This document shows positions 1 through 10,341 of a DNA stretch of 64,000 bases, one piece after another. The notes under the pieces are model-generated. The model was not told the DNA's origin. It made no database searches and saw only the letters and a list, made by a program, of their open reading frames with translations. How positions within the stretch are numbered: position 1 is the stretch's first letter; every line of letters begins with the position of its first letter. The stretch lies in IMG/VR virus record IMGVR_UViG_3300023710_000192; one strand, written 5' to 3'. Origin of the DNA: a virus (lineage: Duplodnaviria > Heunggongvirae > Uroviricota > Caudoviricetes). The translations under genes and the position numbers were made by a program.

Positions 1-659
1 ACAAACAACAGGTAGTGGCTTATCACTTGAAAGAAACTTGTTAACTTACGGCGTTGTTGTAGTCGTACACCTTCGAAGCGTTTGAAGGTCACATACTATT
101 TGATTTTTTGAGTAGTCGGCGGTGTGCCCGCTTATGTTGGCTGGAGGCGTGGAAGTAAAAGGACACTGTAAACTCCGTTGCATAGAGTCAACGGCAAGAG
201 CACCCGCAAATAGATATCAACGTAGGGGCGTGGCGTGGGACACCGCAAAACGTACTTGAAACTGATTAAGGTAATGCGAAGGGCTCCAACTCTGATAAGG
301 TCGGAGAAAAAAGGTTGCAGAAACCTCATAAGTTACGATTGCAACATTTATCCAATCATGTATTGATGTTAGTGCTGGATGGTGCTTGTTGGTATTGGAT
401 AATACCACATTGATACAACTTGTTGCAAGGTCGGCGAAATGTTGTGAAAGACACGAGGGACAAACTGGAGAATGTCACAGGCTCGGGCGTTATCATTTAT
501 AATAGATTGGGATTATTGATAACAGCATGACACACAACGATTTTTTAGGCGTGTTGTTTTTGGGATTAGCCGTTCAAATCGGCACACGCCATTTATTATG
601 GTTATGCTTTACCCATTAAAAAGCACTTGCCAATATTGGCAATAATAGGAGGTAGCATT

Positions 660-1388
660 ATGTTAAAAACTAATTTATTCAATCATGTAGCAGATGACAA
701 GATGCAGATGTTCGCACTTGCTGTAAAATGCGAGGCTTGTGACATGACCGTAACACTTAACAGCGAAAAAGTAGCAAAACTCGAAAGAAGACTATCAAAA
801 GAGGAGAACGAAAAAATCAAAGAGGGCATCAAGGCTGAGATTGATATAATCACCGCCGAGAATGACAAAATGCAGCAATTTATCGACAACATAGCGGATG
901 AGGTGGCTCCTGTTTATGATGAAGTTGATATTAAGTTGCTCCGTGTTTTGGCTTGCGTTGACAATTCAAAACTCGAAAAGTACGCTATTGAATGGACAGA
1001 TGCAGATTCTGAGGCGTTGTATAATGCTATGTGCAACAAACATGATGTAGACTTTGACAAGGTGGATTCTGCCAACTTCAAAAAATCTAATGATTTACTC
1101 GAAAAGATTGTACGCCTCAACTGCACAATCGAGGAATCAGAATACAATCAGAGAATCAACATCAGATTAACAAATAACGACCTTCGCATGATTGATGAGG
1201 CGTGGGTTCGTGGTTTCAGAAATAAATACAAGTCAATCAAGGACACCGACGACAAGGAGTACAAAGAAACAACTGCGAACTACCTCGTACGTCGCAAGGG
1301 TTCCGCTAAAAAGGGCTATACTTACGACTGGAGCAACTTTAATGCACTTATTGTAAAAATTATGATTGCAAAGATTGCAAATATCTAA
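660..1388 (+). CDS. hypothetical protein (charged, helical/coiled-coil)
   Basis: ORF 627..1388; internal ATG 660 lies 7 nt after ATAGGAGG; KE-rich sequence, no catalytic motif recognised. Confidence 0.5.
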   Translation: MLKTNLFNHVADDKMQMFALAVKCEACDMTVTLNSEKVAKLERRLSKEENEKIKEGIKAEIDIITAENDKMQQFIDNIADEVAPVYDEVDIKLLRVLACVDNSKLEKYAIEWTDADSEALYNAMCNKHDVDFDKVDSANFKKSNDLLEKIVRLNCTIEESEYNQRINIRLTNNDLRMIDEAWVRGFRNKYKSIKDTDDKEYKETTANYLVRRKGSAKKGYTYDWSNFNALIVKIMIAKIANI

Positions 1389-1629
1389 TATCTAAGTTAT
1401 CCATAGTTTGAAGGGTGTAGAAATAGGTCTACACCCTTTTATAGTGTGGATAATTCCACGATTGCCGGGGCATAACCCTGAGTAAGTACGGATTGCATTG
1501 TGTATTATTGCGTGGTGTAGTCTGCGAACACTTAAAACGGCAAGGGGCGGAAGGGCACAACTTTATAATAAGGTTGTGCCTTTTATAGTGTTTACCACAA
1601 CACAATGATATTACTAGGAGGTGTATTAT

Positions 1630-1842
1630 ATGAAGTTTAAAGTTACATTTTTTAATCCACAAAATTATAATGTTCGTAACTATTTTTATAACTTTGTATG
1701 GGATGGCATAAATCATGGATGGCGTGACAAAAAAACTGGGCTTATTTATAAATGTAACATTGAGAGTCTTGTAAATAAGTGGACAGATTATTTGCGTATG
1801 GATGGTGAATATATAACCATCCGCAAAATTAAAGAGGCTTAA
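1630..1842 (+). CDS. hypothetical small protein
   Basis: ATG 9 nt after AGGAGG; the upstream block 'CTAGGAGGTGTATTAT' is repeated before the next gene. Confidence 0.4.
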   Translation: MKFKVTFFNPQNYNVRNYFYNFVWDGINHGWRDKKTGLIYKCNIESLVNKWTDYLRMDGEYITIRKIKEA

Positions 1843-1929
1843 TATTTACAGCTATGACACATTATGTCTTATAGTGTGTCTTATGGTGTAAATAATTACA
1901 CTAAAAAATATTCTAGGAGGTGTATTATT

Positions 1930-2058
1930 ATGACACAAGAACAATTCAATAGGTTTATTCTGGGTATCCAGTTGGGATACATGGACATTATCGACGGCAG
2001 AGAATACCTGATGAAAATGTACCCTTCTTGGGTATTAAAATATGATGAAATATTTTAG
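1930..2058 (+). CDS. hypothetical small protein
   Basis: ATG after a second copy of CTAGGAGGTGTATTATT; 42 aa. Confidence 0.3.
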   Translation: MTQEQFNRFILGIQLGYMDIIDGREYLMKMYPSWVLKYDEIF

Positions 2059-2075
2059 GAAGGAGGCGAGGAAGA

Positions 2076-2237
2076 ATGAAACACGCTATAATAAGATACC
2101 ATGAAAGAACTACGGGCTTTGCATTGTCAAAATCCGTAGACGTGCCGGTGGAACACGTATTCCGCACGGTGCAGAACTTGAAGAACGAGGGCAACATAAT
2201 CAAGTCCATCGTTTATGTGAGAGGGGGTATATTGTAA
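2076..2237 (+). CDS. hypothetical small protein in a locally GC-richer patch
   Basis: GGAAGGAGG RBS then ATG; 53 aa; composition differs from neighbours. Confidence 0.3.
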   Translation: MKHAIIRYHERTTGFALSKSVDVPVEHVFRTVQNLKNEGNIIKSIVYVRGGIL

Positions 2238-2468
2238 TGTCACAAAGTTTTAGGCTCTACAGACAAGACGCAAGAGTCGCAACCCGTCAATTATTGGCAC
2301 ACAAAGGGGAGGCGACAGTGCGATACTTCATAAGTAAAATAAACTCCGCAAAAACGGAGGCACAAGTTTGTATGGTAATGACAGAAGTACGTCATGCTAT
2401 ATAATCGTAAAAATTGCCATTGACAAGTATGCACTAATATGATAAAAATTGACAAGGAGGTGTATTGC

Positions 2469-2642
2469 GTGAAAAAGGCAATCGGAAATATAGGAATGAT
2501 ACTGTCACTAATCATAATAATATGGCTAGTTGCATCAATTATTGACGTAGACAGACATAATATAGGATTTGGTGACGGAACGGAAACGTATGCGACATGG
2601 AACGCATTTAATCTAATAGAGGAGGTGTATCCATGCAATTAG
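2469..2642 (+). CDS. small membrane protein
   Basis: GTG start 8 nt after AAGGAGG; hydrophobic stretch ILSLIIIIWLVASII; preceded by TAAAAATTGACA motif. Confidence 0.4.
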   Translation: MKKAIGNIGMILSLIIIIWLVASIIDVDRHNIGFGDGTETYATWNAFNLIEEVYPCN

Positions 2643-2827
2643 AAGAACTATTATGGCTAGTAAACGAAAACACAATAGTGCAGATATATTCTGCGGAAAG
2701 TAACGATTTACTAGCAGAGTATGACGGAAAGGAAAGCATTCCGGAAATATACAACGGAAACGAGGTAACTGATATTTTCACAAACGGAAACGTATTGTGC
2801 ATTGAAATAGAAACGGAGGTGGCGTAA
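2633..2827 (+). CDS. hypothetical protein
   Basis: ORF with GGAGG RBS; NGN/ETE codon repeats (ACGGAAACG) inside. Confidence 0.4.
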   Translation: MQLEELLWLVNENTIVQIYSAESNDLLAEYDGKESIPEIYNGNEVTDIFTNGNVLCIEIETEVA

Positions 2828-3016
2828 TTGAGCAAGTCAACTATCATATCAGAACTACCCGACAAATTATTCTGTAAGGTATATCAGGCACTGAAAAATA
2901 CAAATCTTACAGAAGAAGGGATTGCCATTGCGTTAAACGGAACGCTTGGCGACCTAGAGGATATTATTGATATAAATGATGTGCTGGAATAGTAAAAATT
3001 GAGGGAGGCTATAATC

Positions 3017-3394
3017 ATGAGAAAATTATTTTTAACACTTGCAATCTGTATGTGTATAAGCACAACTGCACAAGCGAAAATTATTACGCCGAAGGACTTG
3101 TGTAGTAAAGCAAAGGAAACCTGTTTTAATAACCACAACTCAACCGATGTGTGCGGTCAGATAACGAAAATCAAAAAGGGAAAGAAGGGAAAACGCACAA
3201 TCTATGTTACATGCTACGGAGATATTCCACAATATGACGGGCATATTTACACAATCACTCTCACAAAGGGAGAGTACAACGACTGGGTAAAGGAGCAAGG
3301 CAAAGTACGCAAGGGAGATGATGTCGTTATATGGCTTTACAAAATGGAAACAAAGAAAGTAACTGACGACGTAGTTTTGAATATAAGAAAGTGA
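3017..3394 (+). CDS. secreted protein with N-terminal signal peptide
   Basis: MRKLFLTLAICMCISTTAQA signal-like N-terminus; GAGGGAGG RBS; TAGTAAAAATTGA motif 27 nt upstream of ATG. Confidence 0.5.
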   Translation: MRKLFLTLAICMCISTTAQAKIITPKDLCSKAKETCFNNHNSTDVCGQITKIKKGKKGKRTIYVTCYGDIPQYDGHIYTITLTKGEYNDWVKEQGKVRKGDDVVIWLYKMETKKVTDDVVLNIRK

Positions 3395-3404
3395 GGTATG
3401 TGTA

Positions 3405-3926
3405 ATGGAAATCACAATACGCAATATAACAAAGGATAATGATGTAAGTATCAATCTGCCAATGGAAACGGAAAAATTAACAAATCTTTTAGGTAATGAC
3501 GAGTGGATAATTATAGATTGTCCGGCTGACTGTTCATATATGGGATCATATGCAGAGTTAACCGATATTATGAAGCTAAACGAAATCGTAAGATTGTATC
3601 ACATTGTTTTTATTGACGAATATGCAGATGATATGTTGCAGATGTTATGTAAAACATATTATCTAAACGAAGTCGAAAACCCATGCGACGTTATAATTAT
3701 CGACTTTGACGCTGAAACAGAAACGTGGGGCTGTGGCAACGGAGTTCCATTCACCGATGAATGGAAGGGATTGTTATTATTTACATTGGGTTTAGCAGCA
3801 TTGCCATTCCCATATACAAGCGAAATGGAAGATTGGATTAATTGGGAGATGTTGTGGAATCAGGCAGAAACAGAAGGTTGGCGTGAAGTTTATTACAATG
3901 GAAATCATTATATTGTTCACAATTAA
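3405..3926 (+). CDS. hypothetical protein
   Basis: ORF with GAGG RBS; acidic, no motif recognised. Confidence 0.5.
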   Translation: MEITIRNITKDNDVSINLPMETEKLTNLLGNDEWIIIDCPADCSYMGSYAELTDIMKLNEIVRLYHIVFIDEYADDMLQMLCKTYYLNEVENPCDVIIIDFDAETETWGCGNGVPFTDEWKGLLLFTLGLAALPFPYTSEMEDWINWEMLWNQAETEGWREVYYNGNHYIVHN

Positions 3927-3941
3927 AGGGAGGTATGAATC

Positions 3942-4358
3942 ATGGAATACACAAAGGAAATTAAAGCAGATGGTGAATGGCGAACATACACCGACACCAA
4001 CGCAAAAGAAGAAAGTCTGATTGTTAATATCAGGAAGATAGAGTGTAACTTAAAAGACAAGAAAAGTCTTATGAACTTATGGAAGAAGGCAGGTTATATC
4101 ACAGAAGTAATACCCAACTATTGGAGTATTGACACTTATGTTAATGACATCAACGGAAATTGCAGAAGAGCATATGATCCGACAATTATAGATTATAAGC
4201 AGTTTGACAGCAAGGGAGATGTAGTACAAAACAGATTGGTTATCAATTTTAATTGGTTGCTTGAGGCAACGGAAGAGAATTATGAAAAGCTAATGGCAGA
4301 AGTAGAACGTAGATTTATGGAAATGATTCCAACGGAAAAGAAAAGGGAGGTAGCATAA
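3942..4358 (+). CDS. hypothetical protein
   Basis: ORF after AGGGAGG RBS. Confidence 0.5.
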   Translation: MEYTKEIKADGEWRTYTDTNAKEESLIVNIRKIECNLKDKKSLMNLWKKAGYITEVIPNYWSIDTYVNDINGNCRRAYDPTIIDYKQFDSKGDVVQNRLVINFNWLLEATEENYEKLMAEVERRFMEMIPTEKKREVA

Positions 4359-4359
4359 T

Positions 4360-4785
4360 ATGTATAAGACAAGGGAAGAACTACGTAAGGCACACGAAAA
4401 GGAAATCAATGATTTCCCGATAGTATGGGCTTTCAGTAATGAACAGTTTGAAGAAGGCATAAGGGAAAAGTATGGTCTTAATGCTAAGAAAAAGGCAGAC
4501 TTGAAAAAATTATGCTCAATAGGTATGGGCGGATATATGCTCAAAACAGACGTAAAACCATACCTTGAAATGTTAAAACGTCACTCAAGGGAACTCAAAG
4601 AGTTTAACTCAGATTTCAAACGACTTGTAGAGGAAATTAAGTATGAAATGTGGAATCATGAGTATTCATACTGTCCATATGAGGTAGAAGAAGAAGTAAG
4701 GGAAGCACTTGGCATATACCACGACAATCCAAGATTTGAAGAAGCATGGGAAAAGGCAAAGAAAGAAGTATTGAAAGCACCGTAG
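4360..4785 (+). CDS. hypothetical protein
   Basis: ORF after GGGAGG RBS, start codon overlaps previous stop region. Confidence 0.5.
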   Translation: MYKTREELRKAHEKEINDFPIVWAFSNEQFEEGIREKYGLNAKKKADLKKLCSIGMGGYMLKTDVKPYLEMLKRHSRELKEFNSDFKRLVEEIKYEMWNHEYSYCPYEVEEEVREALGIYHDNPRFEEAWEKAKKEVLKAP

Positions 4786-4883
4786 AAAAAGCGAAACCCG
4801 ACTATGATTTTTATTACGATAGCGAAATAGATGACGAAGTAAGTGAAACATGGATAAATATATATTTAAAGGAGGATAACACT

Positions 4884-5714
4884 ATGAAAATAATGTACAC
4901 AGTAATGGATTATGCAAAGGAAATTGCAAGCAAGGTAAACGGAGAGGTGAAAGTAGTCGACAAGCCAAACGGAGTGCAGAAAGTTGGTATTCAGTTACCA
5001 ATGGCAGAAAATAATACTGCACCGATTGTCTACGTTGACGAAATGTTCAATGAAGGCAGAAGCATTGATAGTATCATAAAATATATCAATGACAATGTAG
5101 ATAAAGGCAATTATAATCGCACATTCAACATAGACTTCCTTGATGACTTTGAGCAGGTAAAGGAAAGGTTAGGTGCTAAACTTTACAACATAAATACATC
5201 TGCAGAAGTATTCCGCAACGCAACAGAGTATGGCTTCGATGATTTGATTATTGTGCCTTATGTTCTTGTGGAAAAAGATACTGACGGTCAGGCAACAATC
5301 AAGGTAACGAAAGACTTACTTGAAAGATGGAACGTAACTGCTGATGAAGTGATTGACATTGCACTTGAAAGAGAAAAGGCAAATATGAAAGTCATGTCAA
5401 TGCTCGACACCTTAAAGGAAATGGGTTTGCCGGTTGACGAGTTGCCACCTTTACCCGAAGAGGATCAGCAGATAATCGTAACCAATAAACTCAAGGTAAA
5501 TGGTGCAATCAGTGTATTATTTGCCAAAGAGAAGTTGGCAGAGTATTTCCCTAACGGATATATTATCATGCCGTCAAGCATACATGAAGTAATAGCCGTT
5601 GCATATGACGAAAACGTAGAACCATATACCGAAATGGTAAGGGAAGTTAACGCAACGCAGGTCGCACCTGAAGAACAGTTAAGCGACCATGCTTATGTAT
5701 TTGCAGGGAGGTGA
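4884..5714 (+). CDS. hypothetical protein
   Basis: ATG 4884 preceded by AAGGAGG; listed ORF 4746 start lacks an RBS. Confidence 0.5.
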   Translation: MKIMYTVMDYAKEIASKVNGEVKVVDKPNGVQKVGIQLPMAENNTAPIVYVDEMFNEGRSIDSIIKYINDNVDKGNYNRTFNIDFLDDFEQVKERLGAKLYNINTSAEVFRNATEYGFDDLIIVPYVLVEKDTDGQATIKVTKDLLERWNVTADEVIDIALEREKANMKVMSMLDTLKEMGLPVDELPPLPEEDQQIIVTNKLKVNGAISVLFAKEKLAEYFPNGYIIMPSSIHEVIAVAYDENVEPYTEMVREVNATQVAPEEQLSDHAYVFAGR

Positions 5715-5718
5715 AACC

Positions 5719-6051
5719 ATGGCAGTGCACAAGATAATCAGACGTGACATTTTACCAAACGGAACCAAGGTTCAGCTTGAAGATTGGAGTCCGTGTAACA
5801 CAAAGGAATACCCAAACTTACATGGATATACAATCGGTGCTTATCCGATAGCAAAGGAAAGCACGAATTTTATAAAAAAAGGCGAAACATTTAGGCTATC
5901 AATACCTCATAATCCATATGATGATTATACCGGAGATAAGATTCTACAAGATTACGATGATTTACTCAACGGAAACAAGACACTCGAAGACTTAGCAGAA
6001 TATTATTATGATGCTACCAAGGCAAAGTATCTAATGGGAATTAACGCATAG
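5719..6051 (+). CDS. hypothetical protein
   Basis: ATG 5719 after GGGAGGTG RBS. Confidence 0.45.
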   Translation: MAVHKIIRRDILPNGTKVQLEDWSPCNTKEYPNLHGYTIGAYPIAKESTNFIKKGETFRLSIPHNPYDDYTGDKILQDYDDLLNGNKTLEDLAEYYYDATKAKYLMGINA

Positions 6052-6360
6052 TTTGTGCCTCCTATATGCTGGCAATGTCGGAAATTAAAGTACGGCATTG
6101 TCGGTATCCATGAAGGCATAAAAAAACAAAGGGAAAGTGGTATGCCACAATCCCTTTGTAATACATGTCAAGGAGGTAAACCCTATGAAAGAGTTTATTC
6201 TTTCAGTTATTGCTTCCATTCTTGCAGATGTAATCTGTAAGGTTGTTGAGCACCACCTCAACAAACGGAAGTAATAACAGGGCTGTGGTTGCTCATTTGT
6301 GACCACGCTCCTTGTCATGATAATAACACAAGGCAAAGGAAATGTAAAGGAGGCATTACT

Positions 6361-7083
6361 ATGAAGGAATACTATTACACAAAAGGAAAAGATGGAACTA
6401 TTTACAGAGCACAGATTATGAGAGATGAAGATCAATTTGAAACGCCAAGGGATTGGGATAATTTATGCAACATGTATATTTGGCACAGAGATTATAGTCT
6501 TGGAGATAGTACAAATGGAAAAGATTTGTGGGATATACTTTATGACTTAATGGAAACTTACTTGCCGGAAGTTGATGCAGATGATATGAGCGAAAATGAA
6601 ATGAGATTAGCATTACCAAAAGACAAGATAAAAATTTATCCGATTTATCTTTATGACCATAGCGGAATTACAATATCAATATCTGGTGAATATCCGTACA
6701 ATGACCGCTGGGATGGTGGCATAAGCGGATTCATAATCGCTGAAAGGGAAACAATAGAAGAGGCTGGTTGTGATTGGAATAATGTCTATGAAATAGCAAA
6801 GGCAGAAGTAGATAATTATGATATGTACCTTGTTGGCGATGTATATGGATATATTGAAGATAAATATCTTGGCGATGATGAGTGGGAAGAAAATGTTGAT
6901 AGTTGCTGGGGATTTTACTCACGCAAATGGGGAGAGGAACTTGCAACGGAAATACTTGGAGAGTTAATAACCGAAGAAGAAGCAATAAAATTGTGTAAGA
7001 CATATGATGAGAAACTTGCCAAAGAAAGAGAAGCGAAGGAACTTGAAGATTGGTTAAATATTGTATCTGCAATAGTTGCATAA
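6361..7083 (+). CDS. hypothetical protein
   Basis: ATG 6361 after AAGGAGG; acidic, W/Y-rich. Confidence 0.5.
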   Translation: MKEYYYTKGKDGTIYRAQIMRDEDQFETPRDWDNLCNMYIWHRDYSLGDSTNGKDLWDILYDLMETYLPEVDADDMSENEMRLALPKDKIKIYPIYLYDHSGITISISGEYPYNDRWDGGISGFIIAERETIEEAGCDWNNVYEIAKAEVDNYDMYLVGDVYGYIEDKYLGDDEWEENVDSCWGFYSRKWGEELATEILGELITEEEAIKLCKTYDEKLAKEREAKELEDWLNIVSAIVA

Positions 7084-7097
7084 AGGAGGTATAAATC

Positions 7098-7433
7098 ATG
7101 GCATATTACGAAATTATTATAGGCAGCGGATTTTATGATTGTTACAGATATGTAGTTAAAGTGGATTATCCCACTACAGATTACGGAGCATTGACAGACA
7201 TATTAATTGACAATCTTGTTGCAAAAGGAAGTCACAACATAGTTGATATGAATGAGTATGAATGGGATGGTGATAATCTAAGAGAAAAGGCAAATCCGGA
7301 ATATATCATCTACCCTGACGAGTTTGTACAAGGTGGAAACTGTGGTGATGTATTACTACATTATGGAGAGTTTAGAATCAATGAAATAAGCGAAAATAAA
7401 ATTGGCGATGAAGAAGTATTGGAGGCGATGTAA
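7098..7433 (+). CDS. hypothetical protein
   Basis: AAGGAGG RBS. Confidence 0.5.
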   Translation: MAYYEIIIGSGFYDCYRYVVKVDYPTTDYGALTDILIDNLVAKGSHNIVDMNEYEWDGDNLREKANPEYIIYPDEFVQGGNCGDVLLHYGEFRINEISENKIGDEEVLEAM

Positions 7434-7627
7434 TGAAGAACAGAGATTTTACTTACAAGGGAATAAAGTTTCATTTAAATGATAACGGATTACCTAATTC
7501 TCCACGGAGAGAGTTTGAAGGCAAATATCAGTTATTGTTTTGGCACAAAGGTTGTGAAAGATGGCAACAACTTTGTACAGTAGATACCAAAAAGGAGGCA
7601 AAGGAACTTGTAAAAACTTTGGTTTAA
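7433..7627 (+). CDS. hypothetical small protein
   Basis: ATGTAATG overlap coupling with the upstream gene. Confidence 0.4.
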   Translation: MKNRDFTYKGIKFHLNDNGLPNSPRREFEGKYQLLFWHKGCERWQQLCTVDTKKEAKELVKTLV

Positions 7628-7642
7628 TTACGGAAAGGAGAT

Positions 7643-7954
7643 ATGAATATGAAAGCAAGCGAAATCAAGGAAATCCTAGAACAAAAGTTTATTGATGAAC
7701 GATGTGGATTTCGTAAGAAAGACATAAAGGTAAATGGAAACAATATTCAGATTAAAGACTACGAACATATTCAATTCGAGATTGAGTTTGAAGATGATGA
7801 TTACTTTGGTAGATGTTGCTATATAATAGAAAAATTTGTTGGAGATAATGATAGAAACATTATTGTTTTTGAGGATTCAAAGAGAAAAACAGACGATGAG
7901 TTACTAACCCATGCATTAATAACGCTTGGTTATTATATAGCGTCAAGATTTTAA
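7643..7954 (+). CDS. hypothetical protein
   Basis: AAAGGAG RBS. Confidence 0.5.
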   Translation: MNMKASEIKEILEQKFIDERCGFRKKDIKVNGNNIQIKDYEHIQFEIEFEDDDYFGRCCYIIEKFVGDNDRNIIVFEDSKRKTDDELLTHALITLGYYIASRF

Positions 7955-7969
7955 AAGGAGGAAAAGATT

Positions 7970-8227
7970 ATGGCAATTAAGAAAAGTGAAAGCAAAGCAA
8001 AGGAAATTAACTACGAGGTAATTGAAGAGTGCGGTACAATCGCAGAACGTAGCGGTGGGTATGAACTTAAACTTAGATATATTTCATGGATTGGTAAGGA
8101 TCCTAAGTATGATATTCGCCCATGGAAGATAACTGATGAAGGTAATGAGATTTGTGGTAAGGGAATTACATTATCTGGCGAAGAACTTGAGTCACTTGGT
8201 AAGTTAATTAAAGAGATGAATGATTAA
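7970..8227 (+). CDS. hypothetical protein
   Basis: AAGGAGG RBS. Confidence 0.5.
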   Translation: MAIKKSESKAKEINYEVIEECGTIAERSGGYELKLRYISWIGKDPKYDIRPWKITDEGNEICGKGITLSGEELESLGKLIKEMND

Positions 8228-8249
8228 TAAAGAAAGGTAGGTAGTTATT

Positions 8250-8702
8250 ATGAAGGAAATTAAAAGAACAAAAACAATCGTGGAACTTGTAGGTTATGAG
8301 GCGTTTGACGGAAAAACATTTAAGACGGAAGATGAGTGTAGGAATTATGAACAATCTGCCTACGGAGTATTAAGAAAAGGACTTGAAGATTTAATGGTTG
8401 GCGAGTCTTTTAATGAAACAATGATATTTGAAGATTTTGGTTATGGTTCTGACGAATACGGATTAGCCGTAATCGAAATCAAAGACGAAGATGATTTGTT
8501 TAAGGCAAATCACTATTACGAGTATGTTTGCAAAAACAATAAGCTAATCGGCAAAGAATATATAGGTAAGAGAGTTTTGATTAATTTGGGATGTAAATGG
8601 GATAGGGCAGTTCCTCCTAATCCAAGAACAGAAGATGAGTTAAAAGAGTGTCTTGAAAGGGCAATAAAAACATACTTTTATCCAGACAAAAAGGAGGATT
8701 GA
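8250..8702 (+). CDS. hypothetical protein
   Basis: AAAGGTAGG RBS. Confidence 0.5.
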   Translation: MKEIKRTKTIVELVGYEAFDGKTFKTEDECRNYEQSAYGVLRKGLEDLMVGESFNETMIFEDFGYGSDEYGLAVIEIKDEDDLFKANHYYEYVCKNNKLIGKEYIGKRVLINLGCKWDRAVPPNPRTEDELKECLERAIKTYFYPDKKED

Positions 8703-8704
8703 TT

Positions 8705-9070
8705 ATGAATTACTTGGTAAGTTTTCAGTATTCGGAAACAACATATTGTGTCAACATTGCTGTAGCGGAAAACGTAGATGATGTGCGGAAACATTACGGC
8801 AAATATAATTGGTTCAATATTAAAGAGGCAACTGATTTAGAAGTTGAATCCGCAAAACGCAAAGGTGTGCCGGTAATCAAGATTGAACCAGAAGAACTGA
8901 AAAGCTTATATGAACTTACAGATAACTTAAAATACAGCAACGAAGATGGTTATATCTTGGTTGATGGAAAACCATATCAGTATGAAATGACATTATCTCA
9001 GAAATACAATGATGATGAATGTTGCAGAGTAAAAATTGACGGAGAATATTATTACTTTGGTCAATTATAA
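8705..9070 (+). CDS. hypothetical protein
   Basis: ATG after AAGGAGG. Confidence 0.5.
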   Translation: MNYLVSFQYSETTYCVNIAVAENVDDVRKHYGKYNWFNIKEATDLEVESAKRKGVPVIKIEPEELKSLYELTDNLKYSNEDGYILVDGKPYQYEMTLSQKYNDDECCRVKIDGEYYYFGQL

Positions 9071-9083
9071 GAGAGGTGATTAT

Positions 9084-9275
9084 ATGTATAGGGTGTATGA
9101 CTTAACAGATAAGGAGATGGATAAGATAACTCGTCTTCGATGGGATGGTGACACACATTATTATGACGTGTTCGACTCACAAGAAGAATGCGATGAAGAA
9201 GAGGCTCGCCTTAAAAAGATTGACGAAGAATATCAGAAACAGAAAGAAAATTATCTAAGAAGTGGGGTGATGTAA
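9084..9275 (+). CDS. hypothetical small protein
   Basis: ATG 9084 after AGAGAGGTG; the listed earlier start overlaps the upstream gene. Confidence 0.4.
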   Translation: MYRVYDLTDKEMDKITRLRWDGDTHYYDVFDSQEECDEEEARLKKIDEEYQKQKENYLRSGVM

Positions 9276-9614
9276 ATGATGTCATTTATTGATGATGAAG
9301 AGAAAATGAGAGATTTTAAAGAACTGACAAAGGAAGAATTTTTACAGACATACAGTTATTTAACTGAGGAAGAATATGATATGACCGAGAGAGAGTATAA
9401 ACAAAAACATATTTATTATTATGACATTTGGGATGGTTGCAAGGGAATTATTATAGCAGATAATTACGAAGAAGCAAGAAAGATATTTAAAGAAGAATTC
9501 GGTGATGAAATACCAATACATGGAGAGGATGTAGACGATTATGGATCCGGTGTTTGCGATATTTCAAATGTTGGAATTTATGAAGGCAACAGTGAATTAT
9601 ATGTAACAGAGTAA
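9276..9614 (+). CDS. hypothetical protein, paralog of 10127..10327
   Basis: shares the block YYDIWDG(C/N)KGII(I/F)A...A..IFK..(F/Y)(G/P)D(E)IP..(G/D)(E/K)DV..Y.SGVC.I..VG.Y.E with the ORF at 10127. Confidence 0.5.
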   Translation: MMSFIDDEEKMRDFKELTKEEFLQTYSYLTEEEYDMTEREYKQKHIYYYDIWDGCKGIIIADNYEEARKIFKEEFGDEIPIHGEDVDDYGSGVCDISNVGIYEGNSELYVTE

Positions 9615-9627
9615 GGAGGTAATGATT

Positions 9628-10113
9628 ATGGCTAAAGAAAGAAAATACGTTGGTACGTTATATTTAGATGGTAAGGTAGATATAACAGATCCTTGTTATG
9701 ACAAAGGTGTATGGTGTAGAACAACAGAAGATTGTCAGCGGGGAGAATATACTGGATATGCGGTTATTTCAGACGAAGGAGAATGGGGTAAGAGAGTTGC
9801 TTCGTTAGCAATTTATAAAGATGATGAACACTATGATATCGACGATATGGAATGGATTGGAGATATTGGTGTTGATGCTGGATTGGCTGGTTTCTTCAAT
9901 AATAAGCCAGATTATCCCGGTGATAAATGGAAAGAGTTTTTAGTAGATGCAGGAGTGTTTAAAACAGAAGATGAGTATGATTATGATAAAAAATATTATG
10001 ATATTGGTTATGGACTTTTTTCGGATTCGGGATACGGAGATGGTTGCTATGAGGTTTATGCAACAATAGATAGAGATGCATTTATGATTGTGTTTATACA
10101 GCAAGGAGAATAA
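9628..10113 (+). CDS. hypothetical protein
   Basis: ATG after AAGGAGG. Confidence 0.5.
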   Translation: MAKERKYVGTLYLDGKVDITDPCYDKGVWCRTTEDCQRGEYTGYAVISDEGEWGKRVASLAIYKDDEHYDIDDMEWIGDIGVDAGLAGFFNNKPDYPGDKWKEFLVDAGVFKTEDEYDYDKKYYDIGYGLFSDSGYGDGCYEVYATIDRDAFMIVFIQQGE

Positions 10114-10126
10114 GGAGGTATAGACT

Positions 10127-10327
10127 ATGAATATTTATGAGTTTGATATTTGGGATGGCAACAAGGGAATTATCTTTGCAGAAACCGAAGAAAAAGCGTA
10201 TGAGATATTTAAAAGAACATATCCTGATATACCAGTATGTGATAAAGATGTTGGATATTATGATTCGGGAGTATGTTCCATAGATTATGTAGGCAAATAC
10301 GGAGAATACGATATGTATATATTTTAA
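10127..10327 (+). CDS. hypothetical small protein, paralog of 9276..9614
   Basis: AAGGAGG RBS; sequence similarity to the upstream paralog. Confidence 0.5.
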   Translation: MNIYEFDIWDGNKGIIFAETEEKAYEIFKRTYPDIPVCDKDVGYYDSGVCSIDYVGKYGEYDMYIF

Positions 10328-10341
10328 GGGGGGTAAATAAT

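Noticed and set aside
2560-2960. Repeated ACGGAAACG / AACGGAAC units, considered as a possible CRISPR-like or tandem repeat array
   Set aside because: Spacing is irregular and the repeats sit inside coding sequence, where they encode recurrent NGN/ETE/TET tripeptides. No repeat-spacer periodicity is present, and no CRISPR array is evident anywhere in the window.
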